A model generated the notes under the pieces. It had not been told where the DNA came from, ran no database searches, and saw nothing but the letters and a program-made list of their open reading frames with translations. DNA of 60,490 nucleotides, counting the filler. It is 6 parts of 6 records of this genome, joined end to end, with 100 filler letters (N's around TTAATTAATTAA, not from the genome) between each part and the next. Parts side by side here need not be neighbours in the genome. Positions count along the whole stretch, not along the records: positions 16,400 to 26,512 come from SRR31147125_6280; positions 26,613 to 35,062 come from SRR31147125_6288; 4 more parts are not named here. One strand, given 5' to 3'. The stretch's first letter is position 1, and every line of letters starts with the position of its first letter. Of this stretch, positions 20,133 through 30,455 are shown piece by piece. Position numbers and translations under genes: made by a program.

Positions 20133-20548
20133 TATTGTCCCTTTCGATATTCAATAAAATTATTCTCTGTCTCTTCTAATTTTACACAATCCAACTCAAC
20201 ACCAAGCTCATTTATATGCGGTTCAAGCACTTCCCAAATAGCTATTGCTAAATTTTCTGAAGATGCGACCCTGCCTTTCATAAAATCAACCTCAACATTC
20301 ATGTTTTTATGATCGATTTTTTCAATTACATGATCCTTAATTAATTTGCTTAGTGTTTTAAGGTTGACCACCAAACCAATTTCAGGATTAACCTCACCCT
20401 TAACTGTCACAAAAAGAGTATAGTTATGCCCATGCCAATTCGGATTTGAACATTTCCCGTAAACTTCTATATTCTTTTCATCGCTCCAGTCTTCACGAAA
20501 CATTCGGTGCGCAGCATTAAATCTTTCTCTTCTTGTGAGATATATCAT
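20132..20548 (-). CDS. 6-pyruvoyl-tetrahydropterin synthase family protein (C-X5-HGH, PTPS-II-like)
   Basis: [37 protein letters not shown] overlap with folE. Confidence 0.9.
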   Translation of the reverse strand: MIYLTRRERFNAAHRMFREDWSDEKNIEVYGKCSNPNWHGHNYTLFVTVKGEVNPEIGLVVNLKTLSKLIKDHVIEKIDHKNMNVEVDFMKGRVASSENLAIAIWEVLEPHINELGVELDCVKLEETENNFIEYRKGQ

Positions 20549-20632
20549 CGCTTATAATATATAAAACTTGGTTAATATGATTAAATTTGATAAAAGCATT
20601 CAAAGGTACTATTTTTAAATAAGAGGATAATA

Positions 20633-21322
20633 GTGAAAATTTTAATCGTAGCAGCTACAAATAAAGAAGTTTACTCCCTAAAACAGAAGTTAGAATTTGT
20701 ACATCAAATTGAAAAAAATTTCACCAGCTACAAATTCAAAGAATTGGGTATCGACATTCTTATAACAGGCTATGGTTCTGTTTTCATGACCTATTACCTC
20801 ACAAAAATACTTTCTTTGCTGAACTACGATATGGCATTTAATATTGGCACTGCCGGCAGCTACGATCATTTTCTTGAAATTGGTTATGTTGTAAATGTTG
20901 TTGAAGATCAATTTGGGGATCTTGGTTTTGAGGACAATGAAAAATTCCATACGCTCTGCGAAAAAGAAATGTTAGATGCCGATACTTATCCTTTTTCTGA
21001 ATGCGTTCTTAAAAACGAAACTCCATTTACGTTTAATGAAATCGACAAACTAGCTGCTGTTAATGGCATAACGGTTAACAAAGTAAATGGAAACCAAATA
21101 AACATTGATAAGATAAAAGAAAAATTCAATCCTGATATCGAAACTATGGAAGGGGCTTCATTCTTTTTTGTATGTATGAGCGAGACCATTCCATTTTATC
21201 AGATTAGAGCTATTTCTAATTATGTTGAAATCAGGAATGTTGATAACTGGAACGTATCCAAAGCCATAGATAACCTTACACAAGTAATGATGAGTATCAT
21301 TGCTGAAATTCACGATTTATAG
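20633..21322 (+). CDS. mqnB: Futalosine hydrolase-like nucleosidase (PNP/MTAN family)
   Basis: ILIVAAT..E, NIGTAGS, GITVNKVNG, ETMEGA, IRAISNYVE.R...W. Confidence 0.75.
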   Translation: MKILIVAATNKEVYSLKQKLEFVHQIEKNFTSYKFKELGIDILITGYGSVFMTYYLTKILSLLNYDMAFNIGTAGSYDHFLEIGYVVNVVEDQFGDLGFEDNEKFHTLCEKEMLDADTYPFSECVLKNETPFTFNEIDKLAAVNGITVNKVNGNQINIDKIKEKFNPDIETMEGASFFFVCMSETIPFYQIRAISNYVEIRNVDNWNVSKAIDNLTQVMMSIIAEIHDL

Positions 21323-21357
21323 CAAATTTTATTTCCTTTGCAGTAAAATTTTAAAGT

Positions 21358-22323
21358 ATGATTATAGTAACCGGTGCCGCTGGCTTTATTAGCAGCAACC
21401 TTGTTTCAAAGCTGAATAGCGAAGGTTATAATAACCTGGTTTTAGTTGATGATTTTTCGAAAAGTGAAAAAGAAAAAAACTATTCTTCAAAAAAATATTT
21501 AGAAAAAGTAGATAGAAACTCATTTTTTGATTGGCTTGATAAAAACTATAGTTCTATTGATTTTATATTTCACCTTGGTGCCAGGACAGATACTACAGAA
21601 TTCGACAAAAATATATTCGATGAATTAAACCTTAATTATTCAAAACAAATCTGGGAAAGATGCACAACGCATAATATCCCGCTGGTATATGCATCTTCTG
21701 CTGCAACCTATGGAATGGGAGAGCTTGGTTATGTTGATAGTCATGAAATAATTTCAAAACTTAAACCCTTAAATCCATACGGAGATTCAAAAAACGATTT
21801 TGACAAGTGGGTTTTAGAGCAATCAGAAACACCCGGATTTTGGGCGGGATTAAAGTTTTTTAATGTTTACGGCCCCAATGAATACCACAAGGCACGAATG
21901 GCTTCAGTAATTTTTCATGCATTTAATCAGATAACAAAAACAAATGCAATGAAACTTTTCCGTTCTCATAATCCAAAATTTAAGGATGGTGAGCAAAAAA
22001 GAGATTTCATTTATGTAAAAGATGTTGCTGACGTTATGTATTTTCTAATGGCCCACAAGAAAAATTCTGGAATCTACAACCTTGGCACCGGTAAGGCCCG
22101 AACATTCCTTGATCTTGTTAAAAACACTTTCAAGTCTATGTGTATTGAAGAAAACATTAGTTTTATTGATACTCCTGAGGACATAAGGGATAAATACCAA
22201 TATTTCACAGAAGCTGATATGAATAAATTAAAAAGTATTGGATACACAAAGGAATTTACTTCACTGGAAATGGGTGTTGAAGATTATGTGAAAAATTATT
22301 TATCCGGCACAAATTATAACTAA
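21358..22323 (+). CDS. rfaD: ADP-L-glycero-D-manno-heptose 6-epimerase
   Basis: MIIVTGAAGFI, YASSAATYG, PLNPYGDSK, FFNVYGPNEYHK.RMASV, YQYFTEA. Confidence 0.93.
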   Translation: MIIVTGAAGFISSNLVSKLNSEGYNNLVLVDDFSKSEKEKNYSSKKYLEKVDRNSFFDWLDKNYSSIDFIFHLGARTDTTEFDKNIFDELNLNYSKQIWERCTTHNIPLVYASSAATYGMGELGYVDSHEIISKLKPLNPYGDSKNDFDKWVLEQSETPGFWAGLKFFNVYGPNEYHKARMASVIFHAFNQITKTNAMKLFRSHNPKFKDGEQKRDFIYVKDVADVMYFLMAHKKNSGIYNLGTGKARTFLDLVKNTFKSMCIEENISFIDTPEDIRDKYQYFTEADMNKLKSIGYTKEFTSLEMGVEDYVKNYLSGTNYN

Positions 22324-22327
22324 ATCA

Positions 22328-22729
22328 TTATCCAAGGTATTTAGAAAGTGCCGTAATTAAGGCATTTGGCATTATTGGCTTTGTAATATAACCATCGCAT
22401 CCGGCATCTAAACTTTTCTTCTTTTCGCCCGATAATGCATATGCTGTTTGAGCAACGACAGGAACATAAGGCCTAATTTCCTTAATTCTTGATGTGGCAT
22501 CATACCCATTCATGAGCGGCATTTTCATATCCATCAATACCAAGTCAATTTTAGGGTTTGCTTTAAAAACATCAATTGCTTTAAAGCCATTATCAGCATA
22601 TATTAATTGAACATTGGTCTCTTCTAAAATTTCTTTTAAATAAAAATAGTTAATGTCATCATCCTCAACTATTAATACTGTTTTATTACCCCAATTATGT
22701 TCAACTAAATTATTTTCGGCTACATTCAT
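22328..22729 (-). CDS. Single-domain response regulator (CheY-like receiver)
   Basis: LIVEDD, LVLMDMKMP, QTA, KP; ATG at 22729 preceded by AGGAG. Confidence 0.88.
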   Translation of the reverse strand: MNVAENNLVEHNWGNKTVLIVEDDDINYFYLKEILEETNVQLIYADNGFKAIDVFKANPKIDLVLMDMKMPLMNGYDATSRIKEIRPYVPVVAQTAYALSGEKKKSLDAGCDGYITKPIMPNALITALSKYLG

Positions 22730-23031
22730 TTTATACTCTCCTGCTAAAATGTTATTTTGATATTTACCTGTGTCCATATTTGTCAACTTTATCTTTCAGG
22801 AGGTTCTTAATTAAGAGGTTAAATCAAAATTAAATTTTTACATTTTTTAGCATTTAAACAAATCAACAAGGCTTATTTTGACATAATGCCATTTTTGATA
22901 AATAAATGCAACGAATAACTAAACTAATATTGACGCTTTTCTATATTACGTTGAAACTTGAACAATGTTTCTAATTCCCTGTTTCATTTATTCAGTCTAA
23001 ATAAAGTTAAATTTTTAAAATAAATATTATT

Positions 23032-23628
23032 ATGGCATTTGAACTTCCGAAACTAGATTATGCTTATGATGCATTAGATCCACATGTTGATGCTCAAACA
23101 ATGGAAATTCATCACTCAAAACATCATGGTGCTTATACTTCAAAATTAAACGCTGCAATTGAAGGAACTGATTTAGCGAATAAATCAATCGAGGATATAC
23201 TTGCAACTATTTCTAATAGCTCTGCAGCAGTTAGGAATAATGGTGGTGGCTTTTACAACCACAACCTATTTTGGAAAGTAATGTCTCCAAATGGAGGAGG
23301 AACCCCTTCTGGTGATTTACTTGATGCAATCAATAAATTCTTTGGTTCTTTCGATAAATTCAAAGAAGAATTCTCGAATGCTGCTGCAACAAGATTTGGT
23401 TCTGGTTGGGCATGGTTGGTAAAAAAAGGTGATGAATTGGTTGTTACATCAACACCCAATCAAGATAATCCATTAATGGATATTGCCGAGGTTAAGGGTA
23501 TTCCAATTTTAGGACTAGATGTATGGGAACATGCATATTACCTGAAGTACCAAAATAGAAGACCTGATTACATTTCCGCATTTTGGAATGTAATTAACTG
23601 GGAAGAAGTAGCTAAAAGATTCAAATAA
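23032..23628 (+). CDS. sodA: Superoxide dismutase with Mn-type signature
   Basis: [29 protein letters not shown]. Confidence 0.9.
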   Translation: MAFELPKLDYAYDALDPHVDAQTMEIHHSKHHGAYTSKLNAAIEGTDLANKSIEDILATISNSSAAVRNNGGGFYNHNLFWKVMSPNGGGTPSGDLLDAINKFFGSFDKFKEEFSNAAATRFGSGWAWLVKKGDELVVTSTPNQDNPLMDIAEVKGIPILGLDVWEHAYYLKYQNRRPDYISAFWNVINWEEVAKRFK

Positions 23629-23653
23629 TAGTTTTTACTATTATAAATTTTTC

Positions 23654-23693
23654 AAGGCCTATCATGGATATTATCCACGATAGGCCTTTTTTT
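23654..23693 (+). terminator. Intrinsic terminator after sodA
   Basis: AAGGCCTATC.TGGAT...ATCCA.GATAGGCCTT followed by a T run. Confidence 0.85.
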
Positions 23694-23771
23694 ATTTACA
23701 CATAATTAGTAACTTGGGTCATATAGTTATAGAACAATAAGTAGTACAGAACAATTAAAAACTAAACAGTT

Positions 23772-24350
23772 ATGAACTTTGAATTACCCAAGTTACCCTA
23801 TGAATTAAATGCTCTCGAACCATTTATCAATAAAACAACCTTAGAATTCCACTACGGTAAACACCATCAGGCATATGTAAATAATCTCAACAACCTTGTT
23901 AAAGGAACTAAGTTTGAAAATGCAAGCCTTGAAGATATCATAAAAGACGCAGATGGTGGAATTTTCAATAATGGGGCACAAGTATGGAATCACACATTTT
24001 ATTTTACAAGTTTTACACCGAATGCTCCAAAAGAACCAACAGGAGACTTAGCTGATGCAATTAAAGTCAACTTTGGATCATTTAGTGAGTTTAAAGAGAA
24101 ATTCTCAAAAGCGGCAGCTACATTATTCGGTTCTGGTTGGGCATGGTTGGTTAAAAACAGTGATGGCAAATTAGAAATTGTACAAGAAAGCAATGCTGGA
24201 AATCCATTAAAACAGGGGTTAACTCCTATTTTAACATGTGATGTATGGGAACATGCATATTACCTGGATTATCAAAATAAAAGACCCGATTACATTAATT
24301 CTTTCTGGGAGATTATTGATTGGAACTTAATTTCAACTCGATATAGTTGA
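23772..24350 (+). CDS. sodB: Superoxide dismutase with Fe-type signature
   Basis: [29 protein letters not shown]. Confidence 0.88.
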   Translation: MNFELPKLPYELNALEPFINKTTLEFHYGKHHQAYVNNLNNLVKGTKFENASLEDIIKDADGGIFNNGAQVWNHTFYFTSFTPNAPKEPTGDLADAIKVNFGSFSEFKEKFSKAAATLFGSGWAWLVKNSDGKLEIVQESNAGNPLKQGLTPILTCDVWEHAYYLDYQNKRPDYINSFWEIIDWNLISTRYS

Positions 24351-24380
24351 TTATTTTAGGTTATTTTTAATTGACACAAT

Positions 24381-24409
24381 GGGCTGATGGATTTCTATCA
24401 GCCCTTTTT
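24381..24409 (+). terminator. Terminator between convergent sodB and murF
   Basis: GGGCTGAT...ATCAGCCC-TTTTT. Confidence 0.75.
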
Positions 24410-24410
24410 A

Positions 24411-25712
24411 TTACAAAAATGGTATCGCTTTCTCTAACTTATTTGCCCTCGAACCTTTAATTAAAATTGTTGAGTTCTGAATTTTATTTAATTGTAATGC
24501 ATCATTTAATTCATCAACAGTTTTATAATTTCTAAATGAGTGTTTAACTTGAGAGAATTCATCTCCGATAAAAATAATGATATCAAAATTGAGTGTTACC
24601 AATAAATCAACAATGCGTTGATGGTGTTTTAATGATTCATCACCAAGCTCTTTCATCCCTCCAAGAATTAAAACTTTATGATCATCTTTTAAATTGCTGA
24701 AATTCTTTATTGCTGCTTCCATACTAGTCGGGTTTGCGTTGTATGCGTCAACAATTAATTTATTGTTTTCTGTTTCAACAAATTGCGATCTATTTAAATT
24801 AGGCTTATAATTAGACAACGCCTCTACTATTTGCGTTTCGGGTATTTCAAAATATTTTCCAATGGTTGCTGCGGCCAAAAAATTATCAAGATTGTAGGAG
24901 CCAACTAACTTTGTCTCAAATTCAAAATATGCATCACTAAAATTTAACGAGATCTTTTGTTTTTCTAAACCTGACTCAATTATCTCACCCTTTACAATGG
25001 TATTTTCATCTTCTCCATATAAAATCATCTCATTATAATTATTTGACTTGAATTTATTAGAGAGAAGCTCATCATTAACATTTAGGCAAATAGTCCCCTT
25101 GTTATTCATTAGAAAATCGAACAATTCGGATTTCGCCTCTAAAACACCTTTTATGGAGCCAAATCCTTCAATGTGTGCTTCACCAATATTCGTAATTAAA
25201 CCAACATCTGGCATAGCAATAGAAGCTAATAATGCTATTTCCTTATGGTGGTTTGCCCCCATCTCAACAACAGCAATTTCTGTTTCTTTTTTAATTTTTA
25301 AAATCGTTAATGGAACTCCTATATGGTTGTTAAGGTTACCTTCTGTATTTTGAGTCATGTAATTACTTTTTAGTACACATGCAATTAATTCTTTTGTAGT
25401 TGTCTTTCCGTTTGATCCTGTTAATCCGACTACTTTTAATCCTGGTTTTAATTGCGCAATGTGATACCTTGCTAAATCTTGTAATGTCTCTAATACATCT
25501 TTAACCAAAATGTATTCTTCACCTTTTTTGAATTGTGGATTATCAATTACAGCTAACCTTGCGCCGTCGTTTATTGCCTTTTCTGCATATTCATTTCCAT
25601 CAAACCTTTCGCCCTTAAGTGCAAAAAAGATTGAATTTTTCTCAATTGTCCGAGAATCTGTTGTAATAACAGGATTCTCTAAGAAGTAAGTATATAATTT
25701 ATCTATCTCCAT
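24411..25712 (-). CDS. murF: UDP-MurNAc-tripeptide--D-Ala-D-Ala ligase
   Basis: TDSR, FFALKGERFDG, TGSNGKTTTKE, NNHIGVPLT, EMGANH, DAYNANPTSM, KGSR. Confidence 0.96.
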   Translation of the reverse strand: MEIDKLYTYFLENPVITTDSRTIEKNSIFFALKGERFDGNEYAEKAINDGARLAVIDNPQFKKGEEYILVKDVLETLQDLARYHIAQLKPGLKVVGLTGSNGKTTTKELIACVLKSNYMTQNTEGNLNNHIGVPLTILKIKKETEIAVVEMGANHHKEIALLASIAMPDVGLITNIGEAHIEGFGSIKGVLEAKSELFDFLMNNKGTICLNVNDELLSNKFKSNNYNEMILYGEDENTIVKGEIIESGLEKQKISLNFSDAYFEFETKLVGSYNLDNFLAAATIGKYFEIPETQIVEALSNYKPNLNRSQFVETENNKLIVDAYNANPTSMEAAIKNFSNLKDDHKVLILGGMKELGDESLKHHQRIVDLLVTLNFDIIIFIGDEFSQVKHSFRNYKTVDELNDALQLNKIQNSTILIKGSRANKLEKAIPFL

Positions 25713-25728
25713 TTTAATTTATTGAAAC

Positions 25729-25760
25729 AAAAAACCTCATTTACCAATGGTAAATGAGGT
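25729..25760 (-). terminator. Terminator after gldJ
   Basis: ACCTCATTTACC-AAT-GGTAAATGAGGT with an adjacent A6 run. Confidence 0.8.
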
Positions 25761-25785
25761 CTATATTTTACTATATCATTTAATC

Positions 25786-26512
25786 TTATCTATTCTTACC
25801 CAATCCTGTAGGACTACCAACTCTTGTCATAGCACAACGAAATCCAATATCGTTTGTTGACCTGTTTTGATCAAGATATCTTCTTGTACCAGGACTTAGC
25901 CAGTATGCTCTATCCTTCCAGGAACCACCTTTATAAACCCTTGTTTCGTCTGTAATCATAGAAGATGGTTGATCAGCTTGTTTTACATACATCCTGTTTG
26001 AGCCTGGACCTTTACTGGCATCTTCAGATTCAAAATCAAGACTTGACTCGTAATCTCCATCTTTATAGTTTCTATAATCTGCTCTTTTGTAATTATCTCT
26101 ATTCATAGCTTCTTCTGGAGTGATTTCTCTGTATCGTAATCTTCCAAGGCTATCTTTTTCGGCTATATTACCTTCTTCGTCCCTAACAAGTGTTTGGAAT
26201 ACGTTACCTCTAAATGGTCTGAATTCGTCGAAATCTTCAAATGAAAGTGGACGATAAACGTCAAGCACCCATTCGTTAACATTACCAGCCATACAATACA
26301 ATCCATAATCGTTTGGCCAATATGCTGTTACTTGAGAAGTAATTTCTGCATTATCATTCAAGGCTCCAGCTGTACCCATAAAGTCACCACGACCTCTAAT
26401 ATAGTTTGCTTGCATTTGACCTCTAGAATCTTTATCTGGATTTCTCATTCCATGTCCATCCCAAGGATAAATTCTTCTATCAAAAACTCTTTCATCGAAT
26501 GAGTTTCCAATC
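25786..26512 (-). CDS. gldJ: Gliding-motility lipoprotein GldJ (FGE-sulfatase domain), 5'-partial
   Basis: YPW, PNDYGLYCMAGNVNEWV.DVYRP, RVYKGGSWKD, IGFRCAM; adjacent to murF as in other Bacteroidota; frame open to the contig edge. Confidence 0.8.
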
Positions 26513-26612
26513 NNNNNNNNNNNNNNNNNNNNNNNNNNNNNNNNNNNNNNNNNNNNTTAATTAATTAANNNNNNNNNNNNNNNNNNNNNNNNNNNNNNNN
26601 NNNNNNNNNNNN
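26513..26612. other. Artificial contig linker
   Basis: N44-TTAATTAATTAA-N44. Confidence 0.99.
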
Positions 26613-27256
26613 TTGAGTATCCTGATGATTACTCTTGTCTTGTTTCTTCTTCCAGTTATGGAAATGGTGTATCGGCTGCCGATATTATGGCTAGTGAATT
26701 CATAAAACAGGGTGTTTCCGAAGCAGAAGTTGCTGTTATGAAATTAAATTTCAGTCACTTTGTTACTGAAGAACGTGTTAGGGGATTCATGGAAAGAACA
26801 AATGAATACTATCCATGGATAAAAACTGTAGTAGAAGTGGATTTTCCTTTCGACATGCCGAAAGTTACCGAAATTTCTGCAGGAATGCTCACTGCTAATC
26901 AGGATCTTGATGGAGCCTTTGTTATTTGGATGACTCCTGCTATGTCATTGGTTGCAGCAGCAAGAGAAGCTGGTAGAAGTCCAGAAGACTTTGTTATAAC
27001 CACAATTGACCTTGAAGAAGATGGGGCCATGGAAATTGCTGCTGATAGTTACATTAAAGGTACTGGAGCACAGGATCCATATTTGAATGGTGTTGCGGAA
27101 GCATTAGCAGCTTGCCGTGCAATTCTTGGATATGAAAACCCAAGATATGTTGCAGTTCCAGGTTATGCTGTAACTCGCGAAAATATCGTAGAAGGATATA
27201 AGGCGATAGTCGGAGAGGATCCTCCAAAACAAATTGTAACAGCAGCAGGTAAATAA
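26613..27256 (+). CDS. Sugar ABC transporter substrate-binding protein (RbsB-like), 5'-partial
   Basis: Frame is open from the edge; ERVRGF, ITTIDL, AQDPY..G, PGYAVTREN; cognate ATPase and permease downstream. Confidence 0.82.
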
Positions 27257-27281
27257 ACAATTATATTGAATTACTACATAA

Positions 27282-27313
27282 TCAGGGCAGGTGATTCTGC
27301 CCTGAATTTTTTT
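27282..27313 (+). terminator. Hairpin after the binding-protein gene (terminator or mRNA stabiliser)
   Basis: TCAGGGCAG-GTGATT-CTGCCCTGA-A followed by T7. Confidence 0.7.
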
Positions 27314-27330
27314 GTGAAAAATTTTAGGAG

Positions 27331-28544
27331 ATGAATATGACACAAGAAAGAAAATTATCAATGCCATTCTGGTGTGTGGGTAATCCGGTGGGAGATCCAT
27401 TCGGTCCCGGTGTTTTGAGTGGGGTTTCTTCACTAGAGACTGCCGATATTCTTGCTAATGCGGGTAGAAAAGGCCTAATCAATTATACAGCTGCACATGA
27501 TGATGATCTTGTCTCGTGGGATCCAGCTAATCCAGAAGATGATCTTGATGAAAAAAGTGAAACATACAACACTTTGGTGAAAATTAGGAATAAACTTAAG
27601 AATGGAAATGTGCAATACAATATGATTGGTTGTGCTCTGCATCCTGATCCTGTTTTCAGAAATGGTGGGATTGCTAATCCGGATCCTAGAATAAGACTGC
27701 TCGCAGCACAGAAGATTATGCGTGCTTTAAGAATTGGTAGTTTTCTTGGAGCAAAATATTTCACTTATTGGGTAGCCAGAGATGGGTTTGAAACCCAATT
27801 TGCTGTTCCTTGGGCAGAAACATATAGATATATTCAGGAAGCTCTGAATTTAGTACCTCGTTACTGCAAGGAAAAAAACCTTTCAATTAAACATGCCACT
27901 ATTGAATATAAGCCCAATGAACCGAGGGGAGAGATGTATCTACCTACAGTTGGGCATTCTTTGGCTATAATTGCATCACTTGAGGATTCTGATTTTTGGG
28001 GTGTAAATCCTGAGGTTTTACAGCACGATGCAATGACAAACCTTTCTCCAGTAGCTGCAGTTGGATTTGCTCTGTATATGAAAAAGCTCTTTTCCTTCAT
28101 GTAGGTGCACAAAAACCTGGCCAGTTTGATAATGATAATCCTCCTACAATCGGTATGGATGGACTGAAGGAGATGGTCAGTATTATCTATATGTTAAACC
28201 GTTATAATTGGGATGGATATATAGAATTTGACAATCATATGCTGAGAACGGATACAGTTCCTGGTGAATCAGATAAAATTATAGTCAGGGAAAAATATAT
28301 AGAACTTGCAGTTAAAGCATTTAGACTTGTCGAGAAAAAGGCATTTCAGCTTGTTGAAGAGAAAACGATTGATGAAAAACAGAAAAATATCTGGAAAGAA
28401 AACAGCAGTCTGGACAAAATTCTCACAAAAGGATCTCCAACAGAGATTTCTGCAGTTAATATAGATTATAAATCTGTTTCTCTTGAGCCTTTGGACATTG
28501 CAGAACTTGATTACGAAGTAAATCGAAAAATCTTTGGTTTATAG
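27331..28544 (+). CDS. Divergent class I xylose-isomerase-like ketol isomerase; split by a 1-nt deletion at 28090-28093
   Basis: W...DPFG, HDDDL, IEYKPNEPRG..LPTVGH, GVNPE. One extra T gives KKLFFLHVGAQKPGQFDND, continuing into ORF 28155..28544. Confidence 0.85.
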
Positions 28545-28790
28545 AAAAATAAGATGAATAAGATCATATAGCAATTAGGGTTGTGATTAGTTGGTGAGAA
28601 AAGGAAGTATTTTAATACTTTTGAAAAAACTTTGAGTACTAGCGATATAGCTTATTACGAATCAGAGTTTTGCTAATTACTAATTTACATTTTCAGCTTA
28701 CTTTCTGGGAACTTAAAAAATTTCAGGAAGTAAGCGGTATTACTATATATCGATTTTCAACGGATAAGTCAGTGAATATTAATAAATTCC

Positions 28791-28818
28791 TTGACAGAAT
28801 GCACCGACAATGTATAAT
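28791..28818 (+). promoter_or_regulatory. sigma70 promoter for the ABC/polyol operon
   Basis: Perfect TTGACA (28791-28796), 16-nt spacer, TATAAT (28813-28818). Confidence 0.7.
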
Positions 28819-28886
28819 AACAATAGGTAGAAGTAACATATGGTACAAATAAACATTAATGTTCATGGACAAATCTACCATCAGGG

Positions 28887-30443
28887 GTGTGTATGAAAGA
28901 ATTTAAAAATGGTGGTATAGCCTTGGGTGATGTGCTGTTGGAAATGTCTGATATCAAAAAATCATTTCCTGGTGTTCAAGCTCTTAAAGGAGTTGATTTC
29001 GAACTTCGTAAAGGTGAAGTGCATGCTATAGTAGGCGAGAATGGAGCCGGGAAATCTACTCTGATGAAAATCCTAATGGGTGTTTATTCCAAAGATCAGG
29101 GTGAAATTGTCTTGGAAAAAAATACAGTTGAAATTGGAACACCAGAAAAGGCACATCAACTGGGAATCGGAATGATATTTCAGGAATTGAGTCTGGTTCC
29201 GCAACTAAATGTTGCTCAGAATGTGTTTCTGGGAAATGAAAGTAACAGTAAGATTGGATTGCTTAAAGATAGTGATATGTACCAGAAAACCAGGCAACTG
29301 ATGGAAAGGTATAATGTTACAGAGTATTTTGATGTAAAACAGAAGGTTTCACGATTAAGTAGAGGATATTCACAAATAGTTGAAGTTTTAAAGGCACTAT
29401 CTCGTGATGCTAAAATACTCATCATGGATGAACCAACTGCCAGTCTTACAAAAGATGAAGAGGATACACTCTACAAGATCATTCTTAATTTGAAAAAACA
29501 GGGTGTGACAATTATTTATATATCTCATCGATTGCAGGAAATATTTCGAAACTGTGACAGAGTTACAGTTTTTAGAGATGGATCAAAAGTAACTACAACC
29601 GATATTGATAAAGTAGATATGGATTCTCTCATCGAACTTATGACCGGTCGTAAACTTGATGTTGAGCCTCAAACACATGATTTTGTATCGGGAAGTAGCG
29701 AGAGTGCACTTCTTAGAGTAGAAAACCTTTCATGGAAAGAACGATTGAAAGATATCAGTTTTCATCTCAACTATGGTGAGGTGCTAGGAGTAACCGGGCT
29801 TATGGGAGCGGGTAAAAGTGAAATTTCCCGTTGTTTATTCGGTGTGGAAAAAGCTGATTCCGGCGATTTCTATATAGATGGAAAGAAAATTACCATAACT
29901 TCTCCTTCAGACGCTGTGTCTTCTGGGATGGCATTAGTTCCAGAAGACAGACGAAAAGAGGGTTTGGTTATTATGCATTCAGTTGAGGATAATATCGCTT
30001 TACCCATGGTTAAAAACATGAAGGGTTTTCTTGGGTACTTTAAAGAGAAGCAGGCTCGAAAAAACAGTTCAGAGCAGGTTGATAATCTTGCAATTAAGAC
30101 CCCGAGCTTGAAACAGAAGACGAAATTTCTCAGCGGGGGTAATCAACAGAAGGTAGTTGTCGGTAAATGGCTGACAAAAAAACCAAAAGTTCTCATTCTG
30201 GATGAACCCACTGTTGGAGTGGATGTGAAAACAAAAGCTGAACTTCGCGGTATTATCCGGGATCTTGTCAAAGATAAAGATAGGGGAGTTATTTTATTTT
30301 CATCTGAATTGAATGAAATAATTCAGCTCAGCGACAGAATAATAATTCTCTATCATGGTGAAATAATAAAAGAATACTCTGAACAGGTGCCTATACAGGA
30401 AGACGGTTTACATCGGGCAGTTCAAGGAATTATCAACGATTAA
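28887..30443 (+). CDS. Sugar ABC transporter ATP-binding protein (RbsA/MglA-type, two NBDs); exact start uncertain
   Basis: GENGAGKSTL, ILIMDEPTASL, YISHRL, VPEDRR.EGL, LSGGNQQKV, DEPTVGVDV. Confidence 0.95.
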   Translation: MCMKEFKNGGIALGDVLLEMSDIKKSFPGVQALKGVDFELRKGEVHAIVGENGAGKSTLMKILMGVYSKDQGEIVLEKNTVEIGTPEKAHQLGIGMIFQELSLVPQLNVAQNVFLGNESNSKIGLLKDSDMYQKTRQLMERYNVTEYFDVKQKVSRLSRGYSQIVEVLKALSRDAKILIMDEPTASLTKDEEDTLYKIILNLKKQGVTIIYISHRLQEIFRNCDRVTVFRDGSKVTTTDIDKVDMDSLIELMTGRKLDVEPQTHDFVSGSSESALLRVENLSWKERLKDISFHLNYGEVLGVTGLMGAGKSEISRCLFGVEKADSGDFYIDGKKITITSPSDAVSSGMALVPEDRRKEGLVIMHSVEDNIALPMVKNMKGFLGYFKEKQARKNSSEQVDNLAIKTPSLKQKTKFLSGGNQQKVVVGKWLTKKPKVLILDEPTVGVDVKTKAELRGIIRDLVKDKDRGVILFSSELNEIIQLSDRIIILYHGEIIKEYSEQVPIQEDGLHRAVQGIIND

Positions 30444-30455
30444 GGATGGTTTGTT

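Noticed and set aside
28670-28852. 60-aa ORF in the sugar-cluster intergenic region
   Set aside because: TTG start with no RBS, overlaps the consensus promoter, and has no recognisable motif.
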